Source of the DNA: a virus
Virus record (IMG/VR): IMGVR_UViG_2756170264_000002
Location: 1,506-65,505 of that record
Length of the DNA stretch: 64,000 bases
Direction: 5' to 3' (one strand)
Each line of letters opens with the position of its first letter. The stretch's first letter is position 1. Positions 18,342 to 28,472 of the stretch are shown in pieces. The notes beneath the pieces were generated by a model, which saw nothing but the letters and a program-made list of their open reading frames with translations, ran no database searches and had not been told where the DNA came from. A program made the position numbers and the translations under genes.

Positions 18342-19304
18342 TTGGCTGACGGAAGCTATATAAGATTACATAGAAAAATGACTGAATGGGAGTGGTACAG
18401 TGACATAAATACAAAGGTTTTGTTTTTGCATTTGCTTCTAAAGGCAAATTGGAAAGCTAAAGAGTGGCAGGGAATGACAGTGGATAGAGGACAGTTTATT
18501 TCTTCTTATTCAAAGTTATCCGAGGAAACAGCACTGACAACAGGAGAGATTAGAACAGCATTGAACCATTTGAAAAAGACAGGCGAGGTTACACACAAGC
18601 AATTCAATAAATTTGGCTTATTTACAGTACTTAACTACGATAAATATCAGTACAACGACAGTCAAGAGAACAGTCAGCTTACAGTCAGTCAACAGTCTAA
18701 TGACATGCTATTAGCAACAACTAATAAAGAAAAGAATGATATAAATAAAAAGAAAGAAAAAAATAATACATTATGTGCGGAAGTGGTTGCTTACTTGAAT
18801 GATAAGACTGGTAAAAATTTCAGAGCTTCCACTGCAGAAACCCAGCGACATATTTGTGCTAGGATTGAAGATGGCTATACACTGGAAGATTTTAAGAGAG
18901 TTATTGATGTTAAGTGTAAGCAGTGGCTTAACACGGAAAGAGAAATCTATTTAAGACCAAAAACATTGTTCATTCCTAGTAATTTTGACAGCTACCTAAA
19001 TGACTTTGTAAATAAAACTTATGATGAAAATTCGAACTGTTTTAAGCTGGCTAAGTGTTTTGAAAACTTCATACAAAAACTGGATAGTAAATTTGAATAT
19101 GAAAATATTAACCTTGTTTGTACCAGCTTTGAGCAACTTACAATAAACGGCAGAACACCAAAGGAAATATATGCTGTTATGGCAACAATGTTTAAAAGCA
19201 ATAATAAATACATGATTAAGAAATACAGTGATTATCAATTGTTCTGCAAGGATTTTGAAAAAATAGGTAGAGATTTGATAATTGACAACAAAGGTGGTGC
19301 GTAA
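18342..19304 (+). CDS. Phage replication initiator (N-terminal wHTH, conserved phage C-terminal-type domain)
   Basis: YIRLHRKMTEWEWY...RGQFISS; VVAYLNDKTGKNF...YLRPKTLF..NFDSYLN; upstream of helicase. Confidence 0.85.
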   Translation: MADGSYIRLHRKMTEWEWYSDINTKVLFLHLLLKANWKAKEWQGMTVDRGQFISSYSKLSEETALTTGEIRTALNHLKKTGEVTHKQFNKFGLFTVLNYDKYQYNDSQENSQLTVSQQSNDMLLATTNKEKNDINKKKEKNNTLCAEVVAYLNDKTGKNFRASTAETQRHICARIEDGYTLEDFKRVIDVKCKQWLNTEREIYLRPKTLFIPSNFDSYLNDFVNKTYDENSNCFKLAKCFENFIQKLDSKFEYENINLVCTSFEQLTINGRTPKEIYAVMATMFKSNNKYMIKKYSDYQLFCKDFEKIGRDLIIDNKGGA

Positions 19305-19307
19305 AGT

Positions 19308-20681
19308 GTGGCAGATCTAATCGAAACGCAAATGAATGTGATAGGCTCCTTGTTTATTGATATTGACTATAGCATTAAGAAAGTATATACAAGGCTAAAG
19401 CCTGAACACTTTACACATACAAAGCTTAAAAAAGTTTATGCAACCGTTCAGGAACTGTATACTTTGGGAAAGCCTATTGATGTACAATCAGTTGCCAATC
19501 ATGCAAGAACAAAAGACATAACAGAGTTAGAACTAAGCGAAATACTTAGAAAATGTGTATTGTCAACTCCTACAACAGTAAATATTGAGTATCATGCAAA
19601 TGAACTAATTGACAATTATAAATCAAGATTACTACGAAATATTGTATCAGATGCAAGTGTAGCGGATGAACGAAATGTGAATGAGGTCATTGGAGAAACA
19701 ATCAATAAATTATCTGAATTGGCAGCAGACAGGAAAACAACATCTAAAACCCTGAAAGAGATATACGAGGAAAACAAGCACAAATATTTCAATGAAAATT
19801 ACGATCCTGAATATTTAAACCTTGGGTTTGATGATATTGATAGAATGCTTAGTGGAATTGAAGATACTGACCTTGTATGTATTGCTGCTAGACCTAGTAT
19901 AGGAAAATCGGCTTTTGTTACGCAAATAGCCTATAGCAAGGCAAAACAGGGCAGAAAAACAATGTTTTATAACCTAGAAATGAATGATAAACAGGTTATT
20001 GACAGAATACTATGTTCGGAAACAAAGATACCATTTGACAGAATAAGGCACGCTAAGAAATTTATGAGTGACGAAGAATTGCGATTTCGAGATGCAGAAA
20101 GTAAATTTCTTAATTGCGAGAATCTAATTATTGATGATTGCGGAACCAAAACGGTAAGAGAAATTAGAAACGAGTGCAAATACATTGATAACCTAGGGTT
20201 AATAATAATTGATTACCTGCAATTACTTAAACCTGATAAGGGCAGAAATGGAAACAAGGTACAGGAAATTGGTGATATAAGTAGAGGTTTAAAAGCAATG
20301 GCAATGGAGTTGAAAGTACCAGTAATAGCTTTATCTCAAATGAGTAGAAGTATTGAGGGTAGACCAGATAAAGAACCAGTATTGGCAGATTTACGAGAAA
20401 GTGGAGATATTGAGCAAGATTGTAATTCTGTAATTTTCCTTTATGAAGCTTTTGACGGTGGCAACAATCTAATTAAAGATTTGAGAAACGTTAAAGTTGC
20501 AAAAAGCCGACAAGGTGAAACAGGTAAAACTAAGATTGGATTCATGGGAAAATTAATGACTTTCTATTCCTTGGACAAGACAAACATACAGAAAAGTATT
20601 GAAGCAGTTGAGAAATCAAGTGAGTCACGAGATGGATTTATGGTACTTGATAGTAATACAAGATTACCATGGGAGGAGTGA
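19308..20681 (+). CDS. dnaB: DnaB-like replicative helicase
   Basis: AARPSIGKS Walker A, IIIDYLQL, LSQMSR, DLRESGDIEQD, VAKSRQG. Confidence 0.95.
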   Translation: MADLIETQMNVIGSLFIDIDYSIKKVYTRLKPEHFTHTKLKKVYATVQELYTLGKPIDVQSVANHARTKDITELELSEILRKCVLSTPTTVNIEYHANELIDNYKSRLLRNIVSDASVADERNVNEVIGETINKLSELAADRKTTSKTLKEIYEENKHKYFNENYDPEYLNLGFDDIDRMLSGIEDTDLVCIAARPSIGKSAFVTQIAYSKAKQGRKTMFYNLEMNDKQVIDRILCSETKIPFDRIRHAKKFMSDEELRFRDAESKFLNCENLIIDDCGTKTVREIRNECKYIDNLGLIIIDYLQLLKPDKGRNGNKVQEIGDISRGLKAMAMELKVPVIALSQMSRSIEGRPDKEPVLADLRESGDIEQDCNSVIFLYEAFDGGNNLIKDLRNVKVAKSRQGETGKTKIGFMGKLMTFYSLDKTNIQKSIEAVEKSSESRDGFMVLDSNTRLPWEE

Positions 20682-20685
20682 TAAT

Positions 20686-20922
20686 ATGGCATCTGTTACA
20701 AGTAAAGATATTCCAGAGATTTTTAATATGTTTGGTGACGTATTCACTCTTCTAAAAAAGTATTACATGCCGGAGTCAAATGATGAATTTTGGGAGCAAT
20801 TAAAAGCCGAAGTTGATGTGATTTATAGCAAATATAAAACACAATTATGCAAAGATATTTTACTTGCTATAGCAAATGACATAGACAGGAGATACAAAGA
20901 AAGGATCAAACAAGATGGCTAA
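20686..20922 (+). CDS. Hypothetical protein
   Basis: GGAG RBS before ATG 20686. Confidence 0.65.
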   Translation: MASVTSKDIPEIFNMFGDVFTLLKKYYMPESNDEFWEQLKAEVDVIYSKYKTQLCKDILLAIANDIDRRYKERIKQDG

Positions 20923-21448
20923 AGGTGATAAAGAGTTTCAGTGGCGAATGGAAGGAATGTTATTTGCTTTGAAAATAGCAAAACAAGATGGAGTTGAAGC
21001 CTTAGAAAATGATATTCGAAGTAGAAATATTTTAAAGGCTCCAATGAGATTTAGTCCTGAGGAATTAGAAAGCTTTTACAAGTTAATGAGCGGCAGGATT
21101 TATAACAATATTTTAACTATTGCGTATGCAGTACTTCATGATACATTTGGATTCCGAAAAGAACGGTTGAAGCGATTTAAAAAGGTATTTGATGAAAAGA
21201 CAATGTGTATTGCAGATTTAACGAGATTTGGTAATCATTATGTGACCTTTACAGACTACGCTAGAGAAGCAAACGAAAAGTATAATTTAGGAATTGATAT
21301 TGATCTTGTTAGTGCTACACAGGATATAAATGATGAAACAATGGGTAAGAGAGCGAAGATTGATGCAATTGGGGAATTGTTCAAGGAACAAGGTTATTCG
21401 GATGCGGCAGAGTTCTTGCGTACATATGAGTTTACTAAGTTAAATTAG
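20915..21448 (+). CDS. Hypothetical phage protein
   Basis: Overlapping start; LHDTFGFRKERLKRF pattern. Confidence 0.7.
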   Translation: MAKGDKEFQWRMEGMLFALKIAKQDGVEALENDIRSRNILKAPMRFSPEELESFYKLMSGRIYNNILTIAYAVLHDTFGFRKERLKRFKKVFDEKTMCIADLTRFGNHYVTFTDYAREANEKYNLGIDIDLVSATQDINDETMGKRAKIDAIGELFKEQGYSDAAEFLRTYEFTKLN

Positions 21449-21641
21449 GCTTTAGCAATTATAGAAAGTAGAAGAGCTCCTATAGTGTAAAGTAGGCTTT
21501 AAGGAAGTAAAATAATGAAAGTTATTTATGATATAATAGAAAAAGGCATAAAGGAAACTCTAAGCCGGATGTTTACTTGTTTTATGACAAAGATAGAGAA
21601 AAGGCAATAGACTATAGCAAAAGTGAGTATTAAAAATAAAA

Positions 21642-21663
21642 GGACTTTCATTATCGAAAGTCC
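21642..21663 (-). terminator. Intrinsic terminator of SH3 gene
   Basis: GGACTTTC-attatc-GAAAGTCC with U-tract on minus strand. Confidence 0.7.
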
Positions 21664-21697
21664 AATTAAAAATTTATAACTATTTTATTAGTTTTAA

Positions 21698-22030
21698 TTA
21701 TGCACCATAAGTAAGAAGATAGTCTCCATGTACCCAACCTGAGCCATATTTAGAAGTAAGATGATACCAACTTCCACTTTTTTCATAAGTTTCAATATAA
21801 TCATATTTTTTTAAGCTTCCTGTTGTTTGGTAATTTGTGCCAGGTCCACTACGAATGTTTAATGATGAAGCTGTTACTATCCATTTAGATACACTAGTTG
21901 AACTTGTTTTAGATACAGATGCTTGTTTTTTCGTTGTAGATAATGTTGCTGCATTAACAGTCAATGGCAATGAGCTTGTCAAAATCATAGCACAAAGAAG
22001 TAGTGAAGTAATAAGTTTTTTTGTTTTCAT
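21698..22030 (-). CDS. Secreted protein with bacterial SH3 (SH3b) domain
   Basis: Signal peptide (VNA-A); VTASSLNIRSGPGTNY...GSWY...GWVHGDYL. Confidence 0.85.
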   Translation of the reverse strand: MKTKKLITSLLLCAMILTSSLPLTVNAATLSTTKKQASVSKTSSTSVSKWIVTASSLNIRSGPGTNYQTTGSLKKYDYIETYEKSGSWYHLTSKYGSGWVHGDYLLTYGA

Positions 22031-22250
22031 AATTAATAACCCCTTTCAAAATTAAAATCACTAGCTAGTAATTTCAATATAACATATTAATTACACTATG
22101 TCCATCTATATATTCGACAATACTGATAGAGGTTTTCAGGCTTAAGCGTTTTAAAAGGTTAAAAAGAAAAAATAGTCAACAAATTACTCTGAGGAAGAAA
22201 TATTTTAAACTAAAGCACATTGATAATTGAATATTGATAGTTGAACTAAG

Positions 22251-23051
22251 ATGAAGTATAATATACGCATAGTGTGGAGGAGGGTAAATATGTGCAGAAC
22301 TAAAGAAGAAGTAAAAAAGAAGTGGGATATAATAATAAAAAATGAAATTTATGAAGAATATAAAAGATTTTGCAATAATGATAATTTACCAGATTTTGAA
22401 ACGGAATATTCAGAGGTCAATGGAAGTGCTGGTTATGCTATGAGTGTAAACCCAATACTAAGACCCCCGATTATTTTACATATTAATACTGATTTCATGA
22501 TCCAAAAACCCGAATTAATTAAACAATCATTATTTCATGAATTTACACACATATATGATTGGATAGAACTACAAAAAGTTGTAATGTTAATGAACAATAA
22601 AATTATATTCTATAGGGTGTATACAGAATTTCATGCAAAGCAAGTTGAGTTAGCATGTGCTTTAGGGTTTGAAAATATAGATAAGTATAAAGAGTTTAAA
22701 TCATCTACTCAAATTCCTTATTATGGAAGTGTATTGAAGCTAAATGAAAATCTTAGTACGGAAGCTGAAAATTATAGGGATCGCTTTATAGAAGAACCCA
22801 ACAAAACAAATTTAGATGATTTCATTCTTACGACTTTTTATTATTTAGGGACGGCAAGTTTTTGTAAAAAATATTGTAGCATAGATTATTTGTGGAGTAC
22901 GGAATTTTTAGAAGAATTCGAAAATGATTTTATTGATATTGCTATGGATTTGACAAAATTTGAGAATACTAAAGATGAAATTAACTGCATTGCTGAAAAA
23001 GTAATAAAACTTAAAGATATTTTAAAACTGAAATATAAAAGCGTAGATTAG
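22251..23051 (+). CDS. Hypothetical protein with HExxH motif (putative Zn metallopeptidase)
   Basis: LFHEFTHIYD; start may be ATG about 22290. Confidence 0.7.
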   Translation: MKYNIRIVWRRVNMCRTKEEVKKKWDIIIKNEIYEEYKRFCNNDNLPDFETEYSEVNGSAGYAMSVNPILRPPIILHINTDFMIQKPELIKQSLFHEFTHIYDWIELQKVVMLMNNKIIFYRVYTEFHAKQVELACALGFENIDKYKEFKSSTQIPYYGSVLKLNENLSTEAENYRDRFIEEPNKTNLDDFILTTFYYLGTASFCKKYCSIDYLWSTEFLEEFENDFIDIAMDLTKFENTKDEINCIAEKVIKLKDILKLKYKSVD

Positions 23052-23066
23052 TATTTATACAATATC

Positions 23067-23097
23067 AACTATCAATATTCGTATTGGTAGTTTTTTT
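23067..23097 (+). terminator. Intrinsic terminator
   Basis: AACTATCAATA-TTCG-TATTGGTAGTT then T-run. Confidence 0.75.
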
Positions 23098-23278
23098 GTA
23101 CATAAAATAGAAATATTAAACAAAGAAAGGAGACGAGCTCCTGCAGGGCAAAGACATGTGTTGATTGTCAAGGAAATCTGAACACTTTTTTCTATTTTTT
23201 ACAGATAGAAATGAACAGTTTTAATTTCCCTGTTTCTTTATATTTTTTTGTTTTTTCACAGTTAGAATTGAACACTTT

Positions 23279-23707
23279 TTAATAGAGTTCCAGTTGATAT
23301 CCCGCTGATTTTAATGCTGTTTTATTAATTCTCCAGATTCTGTCCACAGAATTTGCTTGGATGAATCTTGCGTATTCCATAAAACGTTCTTTTACTAATT
23401 CCTGAACATAGGAATCGAATTTTGATTCAATCTGAACTGTTGGTCTGCAGTCCACATCTTTATCAATACTATTTTTGCGTGATTCTATACATAATTCATC
23501 AAGTGCCAGAAATGGCATCTCTACTTTTTTACAAAATAAATCTCTTTTTGAATCATACGCATAGGATTCGGTTGCTTTCAACCGGCGTAACACATAGTAT
23601 GCATCCTTTACCCCATAAGTTGCGTGGATTGTCTCAATAGCAGCGGCTTTTCCCTGTGTATTGTAGATTTCTATTACTTTTGAATCCTCTACCTTTAATC
23701 GTGCCAA
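23279..23707 (-). CDS. IS passenger ORF, hypothetical
   Basis: 142 aa, RBS GGAGA, inside IS ends. Confidence 0.7.
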   Translation of the reverse strand: MARLKVEDSKVIEIYNTQGKAAAIETIHATYGVKDAYYVLRRLKATESYAYDSKRDLFCKKVEMPFLALDELCIESRKNSIDKDVDCRPTVQIESKFDSYVQELVKERFMEYARFIQANSVDRIWRINKTALKSAGYQLELY

Positions 23708-23825
23708 TTTTTTTCTTCTCCTTTACATGTGATATCTATCATATAAACGCCATGGGCGATACTTTCATGTTGAATCATCTGGCACTAAGATCAGTAGAAA
23801 AACCAGTGCCAGATTTTTTATTATC

Positions 23826-24269
23826 CTATAAAACTACACTTGTTTCATCCGTTCCTTCTTTCAGACGGTGAAGCATTTGATTGTGTTCCTTCGATTCCAT
23901 TGGATCCTGTCCGTTGTACATCCGCTTTAGATAGGATTGATAACTTTTATTATCGTAATAACGACGCGCAAGGTTATCATAAATATCACTTTTCAGATTT
24001 TGCGCATCTATAGGTGGCAAATGTCTCAGCAATGCCTGACGCCATCTGACCATTTCTTCTTCAAGCCCAAGAATATCTTGAACCAGAGAATCAATTAAGA
24101 GATAACTCTTTATTAAATCCTGGCAATTATTACAACTACAATCCATCAGGCTGTAATCTGGTTCAGGCTTATTTCTTATTTCTAACATCTCCGGATCATT
24201 CCCTGGAAATGGAAGTTCTTCCAATATGTTTTCAGCTAAAATGCTGTCATTTTTATGATTCATTCGCAT
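23826..24269 (-). CDS. IS passenger ORF, hypothetical
   Basis: 147 aa, overlaps istB stop. Confidence 0.7.
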   Translation of the reverse strand: MRMNHKNDSILAENILEELPFPGNDPEMLEIRNKPEPDYSLMDCSCNNCQDLIKSYLLIDSLVQDILGLEEEMVRWRQALLRHLPPIDAQNLKSDIYDNLARRYYDNKSYQSYLKRMYNGQDPMESKEHNQMLHRLKEGTDETSVVL

Positions 24270-25038
24270 GCTCCTTTTTCATTATGTAATCATTTCCTTT
24301 GACACGGAAACTGTCACCAGTTATATTTATAACATGGTAGTGATGCATCAATCTGTCCAGAATGGCAGTTGCTGCCAGCTGTCCGGTAAATACTTCGTCC
24401 CACCTTCCCAGTGGAAGATTGGTCGTGATAATGAGGGAGCATTTTTCGTATCGTTGGCGGATAATCTGAAAAAATATGCTCTCTCTTTCTCTGTCCATTT
24501 TTAGATAAGATAATTCATCTATAATCAGCAATTCGATTTTTGAAAGTTTCTTTAATTCTTGTTTTAAATTCCCCTTACACATGGAATCATTAAGGTCATC
24601 CATCAGTTCCTTGGCATTACAGAAAAGGACTTTTTTCCCTGCACGGCAGGCATTTACACCGATTCCGGTGGCAATCATGCTTTTTCCAACCCCAGGGGGA
24701 CCAATAATAATAATGTTTTCTGCATGATTCATAAAAGAGAGCGTGCCAAGATCTTTAATGTACTGATAATTCAACGAGGCATTAAAATCGAATGCAATCT
24801 CATCCAGTGTCTTAACGTAATCAAAACCAGCCTTTATGATCAATCGATCCGATAATCGGTCCTTACGCCCCTGTACTTCATTTGATAGAAGCCGGTGCAT
24901 AAAACTCAGATAGCCTTCTTTGGCTGAAACGGCTTCGGAAATGATGTCCTCATAATTCTCTCGAATGTCCACAAGCTTTAGTTTCCGGCAAATTTCTTCA
25001 ATTTCAGTCTTTGATACTTGTTTCGTATTGTTACTCAT
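24253..25038 (-). CDS. istB: IS21 helper ATPase IstB
   Basis: GPPGVGKS Walker A, LLIIDE Walker B, TAILDRLMHH. Confidence 0.95.
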   Translation of the reverse strand: MSNNTKQVSKTEIEEICRKLKLVDIRENYEDIISEAVSAKEGYLSFMHRLLSNEVQGRKDRLSDRLIIKAGFDYVKTLDEIAFDFNASLNYQYIKDLGTLSFMNHAENIIIIGPPGVGKSMIATGIGVNACRAGKKVLFCNAKELMDDLNDSMCKGNLKQELKKLSKIELLIIDELSYLKMDRERESIFFQIIRQRYEKCSLIITTNLPLGRWDEVFTGQLAATAILDRLMHHYHVINITGDSFRVKGNDYIMKKEHANES

Positions 25039-26627
25039 AAGTTTATTGTCTCCTGTGCTGTTTCATAGTAGCTGCAGTCTCTGGTGAGACCTGCATCGGA
25101 CTGCTTCTTTAGCTCCTGTTGTAATGGGGATGTTTTTTTGTGTAGCAGTTCATATCCTTGTTCCTTTACCATTTTCTTAAATTCCCTGATTTCCAGCTTA
25201 TTTTGCTTGATAGCATGTAAAAGCAGGATATCCAGATCTTCAAAGTTGAAGGTATCGCACATCTGAAGAATTTTTCTGGCATGGTGGGATGGCTGCTGCG
25301 TAACTTTTGCAAGTTCCTCAAGATAACGTTGTCCATTTTGAAAACGTTCTGTGAATTCACGCTTTATCTGTGGAATAGATTTTGTAACTATCCGGATATC
25401 AGTAAAATGTTCATCCTGGGTCTTTGTCTGATATTTATCATCCTGCACCCACAATGTCTGTATGAAATCTTTTTCCATGGAATACACCTGAATTCGAAAT
25501 CCGTAAATAATCCGAAATTGCACTTTCATCCCTGCATACTTTACAGGCAGACTGTACTTATTTGTATGAATACTTATGTAGCTGTCAGGGCTGACAACTC
25601 TTTTGTCAAGGTTCGTATCCAGATATAATCGGTGTGAAGGCAGTGGCAGCAATGCTGCCTTCTCTTCCTGCTCGTAATGAAGATTAGGTACTCTCTTCGT
25701 TGTTCCATGAACTTCATTACACCATTTATTCATAAAATCTTTTGCTTCACGATTTAATTGCTCCATGTCTGTGAAGCGGTTTCCTTTTACAAACTGTTCT
25801 TCGATGTATTGGTAAGGCTTCTCTATTTTTCCCTTGGTACGGGGCCAATAGCAGTTACATGCGTTTAGTTCAGTTCCAAGGTGTTTCGCAACCAACAGTG
25901 CTTTGGGATTATACGTAATTTCATCCTCAGTTTTGGGATCATTCTCAATAACCAGAGACTTTGGATTGTCAATCAACAGCTCCAGTGTAACGCCACCAAG
26001 ATCCTCAAACAATTCCTGTATTGCTTCATAAATAGCATCTGCATCAGATTTTAATGAAAATACAATAGCTTTTTTTCTTGATGCTGCGAAAATCATGGTA
26101 AAGCAATAGACTTCTCTTTTCCTTGTCCCAATCCACATCTCATATGGAGACCAGTCAAACTGTGCCTGATCTCCGACAGGTGTTTCAATACGCATGGTTG
26201 CTTTACGATTACCAGAATAGCTTGTTTCTGAAATACGATTCAAGAACGTATAAACGGGTGTAATGCTACCTTTATAGCCAAGTTTTTTCAGTTCCCTAAA
26301 AATCCTGGTTCCATTGAAATCGTAATCCGGATTAAATCTCCATTCTATAATCTGTTCTGCATAGAAATCCACCTTACAGAGATAAACAATTCTTGAATAT
26401 ATAGGTTCTTCATCCATAGTTAGGAGCTTATAAACTGTAGTCCTTGACATTCCTAATTCTTTTGCAATCACAGCTACTTTCTTATTCTTCTTGCGTAGCT
26501 TTTGCACCGCAGCCCAATCCTGCAAATCTTTCACTTCCTTTTTCACCACCTTTCGTTTTTGACATACGAAAGAATGGTACATGATGTAATGGAAGTGTTC
26601 AATTCTATCTGTAAAAGTTTTATTCAA
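25035..26627 (-). CDS. istA: IS21 DDE transposase IstA (true start probably about 26550)
   Basis: N-terminal HTH; AQFDW, LLIDNPK, TKGKIEK DDE residues; ATGA overlap with istB. Confidence 0.95.
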   Translation of the reverse strand: MNKTFTDRIEHFHYIMYHSFVCQKRKVVKKEVKDLQDWAAVQKLRKKNKKVAVIAKELGMSRTTVYKLLTMDEEPIYSRIVYLCKVDFYAEQIIEWRFNPDYDFNGTRIFRELKKLGYKGSITPVYTFLNRISETSYSGNRKATMRIETPVGDQAQFDWSPYEMWIGTRKREVYCFTMIFAASRKKAIVFSLKSDADAIYEAIQELFEDLGGVTLELLIDNPKSLVIENDPKTEDEITYNPKALLVAKHLGTELNACNCYWPRTKGKIEKPYQYIEEQFVKGNRFTDMEQLNREAKDFMNKWCNEVHGTTKRVPNLHYEQEEKAALLPLPSHRLYLDTNLDKRVVSPDSYISIHTNKYSLPVKYAGMKVQFRIIYGFRIQVYSMEKDFIQTLWVQDDKYQTKTQDEHFTDIRIVTKSIPQIKREFTERFQNGQRYLEELAKVTQQPSHHARKILQMCDTFNFEDLDILLLHAIKQNKLEIREFKKMVKEQGYELLHKKTSPLQQELKKQSDAGLTRDCSYYETAQETINL

Positions 26628-26714
26628 ATCAGTAATTTACGATTCTCCGAACCGCTTAAAAGTGTTCAGATTTCCTTGTAAACGACTGTTCATTTTTAAT
26701 TATAAATCAACAAC

Positions 26715-28355
26715 ATGTCGGCTCCTTTAAAGAAAATGATAAATGGTGAATTAATAGTTGATAATTTTGCCGGCGGCGGTGAAGCCAGTACCGGTATAGA
26801 ACTTGCGACTGGTCGTAGTGTTGATATCGCAATCAACCACGATCCAGAAGCTATAAAAATGCATAAAGCAAATCATCCTAGCACAAAGCATTATTGTGAA
26901 TCAGTATGGGATGTTAATCCTGTTGAAGCTTGTAAGGGCAGACCTGTGGCATTAGCTTGGTTTAGTCCAGATTGCAAACATTTTTCAAAGGCCAAAGGTG
27001 GAACACCAGTTAAAAAAGAAATAAGAGGACTTGCTTGGGTTGCAATTAGATGGGCGGCGGCAGTAAGACCAAGAGTTATCATGTTAGAAAACGTTGAGGA
27101 GTTTAAAACATGGGGGCCATTAAGACCACAAAGGGATAAAGAAACAGGAAGATGCATAGTCTATGATTTTTCGGATAGAAAGAATAAGAACGAGCAAAAA
27201 AGAAAGCCAAAATTTAGAGTTGCACAACCGGGTGAAGTAGTTCCTTTAAATTTACAAGTCATGGAACCGGATCCGAAGCGCAAAGGAAGAACTTTTAGAA
27301 AATTTGTTAAGGCACTGGAAGCACTTGGATATGAAGTTGAGTTTAAAGAATTGGTTGCCGCAGATTTTGGAACACCTACAAAAAGAAAAAGATTCTTCAT
27401 GATTGCAAGGTGTGATGGTCATCCAATTGTTTGGCCAGAGCCTACACATGCACCAGTTGATAGTGAAAAGGTTAAGGCTGATATTTGTAAGCCTTATGTT
27501 GGAGCATATACTCAAATAGATTTTAATAGGCCATGTCCAAGTATTTTTGATACAGCAGAAGAAATTAAAGAGAAATATAAAATAAGAGCGGTAAGACCTT
27601 TGGCTCCTAAAACAATGCAAAGAATTGCAAGGGGTTTACAGAAATTTGTAATTGATAACGAAGAACCTTTTATAGTTCAAGTAAATCACAGTGGAAGTGA
27701 TTGGAGTTATACTCATAGTATGAATGAACCATTAGCGACCGTGGATGGCTCTAATCGATATGGACTTGTGACATCATTCTTACATAAATACTATGATGGT
27801 AATTATAAAGGTGCTGGAAGTTCTTTGAGCGAGCCGCTTCATACCGTGACAGCAGTTGACCATAACAGTATAGTGACAACAAACCTTATTCAAATGAATA
27901 ATAATTGTGACGGAAGAGATATAAGACAACCTATTCCAACAATAACGGCAGGTGATGGACACTTTGGGGAAGTAAGAGCATTTTTAATTAAGTACTATGG
28001 GCAAGGTACAGGGCAAGAAATTAAAGAACCCTTAGACACTGTAACATCAAATGACCGCTTTGGACTGGTTACAATCCATGGAGTTGATTATCAAATAGTT
28101 GATATTGGACTTAGAATGTTAGAACCAAAGGAATTATATGGTTGTCAGGGCTTCCCTGATGATTACATAATTGATAAAGATTTTGAGGGGAAAACATACA
28201 GCCGTACAGAGCAAGTAAAACGATGCGGTAACGCTGTGCCGCCTCCATTCGCAAATGTCCTTGTTCGTGCTAATTTACCAGAAATTTGTATTTTTGAAAG
28301 AGTTCCAAATATGAGTATAGAGGTCGAAAACAAAGGGCAACTGAGGTTTGCTTAG
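26715..28355 (+). CDS. C5 cytosine DNA methyltransferase
   Basis: DNFAGGG (motif I), WFSPDC (catalytic), MLENV, RKRFF, motif X GNAVPP; start ATG 26715 or 26736. Confidence 0.93.
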   Translation: MSAPLKKMINGELIVDNFAGGGEASTGIELATGRSVDIAINHDPEAIKMHKANHPSTKHYCESVWDVNPVEACKGRPVALAWFSPDCKHFSKAKGGTPVKKEIRGLAWVAIRWAAAVRPRVIMLENVEEFKTWGPLRPQRDKETGRCIVYDFSDRKNKNEQKRKPKFRVAQPGEVVPLNLQVMEPDPKRKGRTFRKFVKALEALGYEVEFKELVAADFGTPTKRKRFFMIARCDGHPIVWPEPTHAPVDSEKVKADICKPYVGAYTQIDFNRPCPSIFDTAEEIKEKYKIRAVRPLAPKTMQRIARGLQKFVIDNEEPFIVQVNHSGSDWSYTHSMNEPLATVDGSNRYGLVTSFLHKYYDGNYKGAGSSLSEPLHTVTAVDHNSIVTTNLIQMNNNCDGRDIRQPIPTITAGDGHFGEVRAFLIKYYGQGTGQEIKEPLDTVTSNDRFGLVTIHGVDYQIVDIGLRMLEPKELYGCQGFPDDYIIDKDFEGKTYSRTEQVKRCGNAVPPPFANVLVRANLPEICIFERVPNMSIEVENKGQLRFA

Positions 28356-28472
28356 ATAACAAAAACAGGCAAGTTTATTCTTGTCTGTTTAAAGTAAACA
28401 GAAATATTAAATAAAAGTGCACAATAAAAACGCTAATAAACTACATAAAAATATAAAAAATAAACAAAAAAC

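Larger units (their letters stand above)
23159..26712 (-). mobile_element. IS21-family insertion sequence (3554 bp) with two passenger ORFs
   Basis: Ends TGTTGATT...AATCAACA; 5-bp TSD ACATG (23154-23158 and 26713-26717); several internal CA(A/G)..AATGAACA(C/G)TT-type repeats at both ends; istA-istB. Confidence 0.95.
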
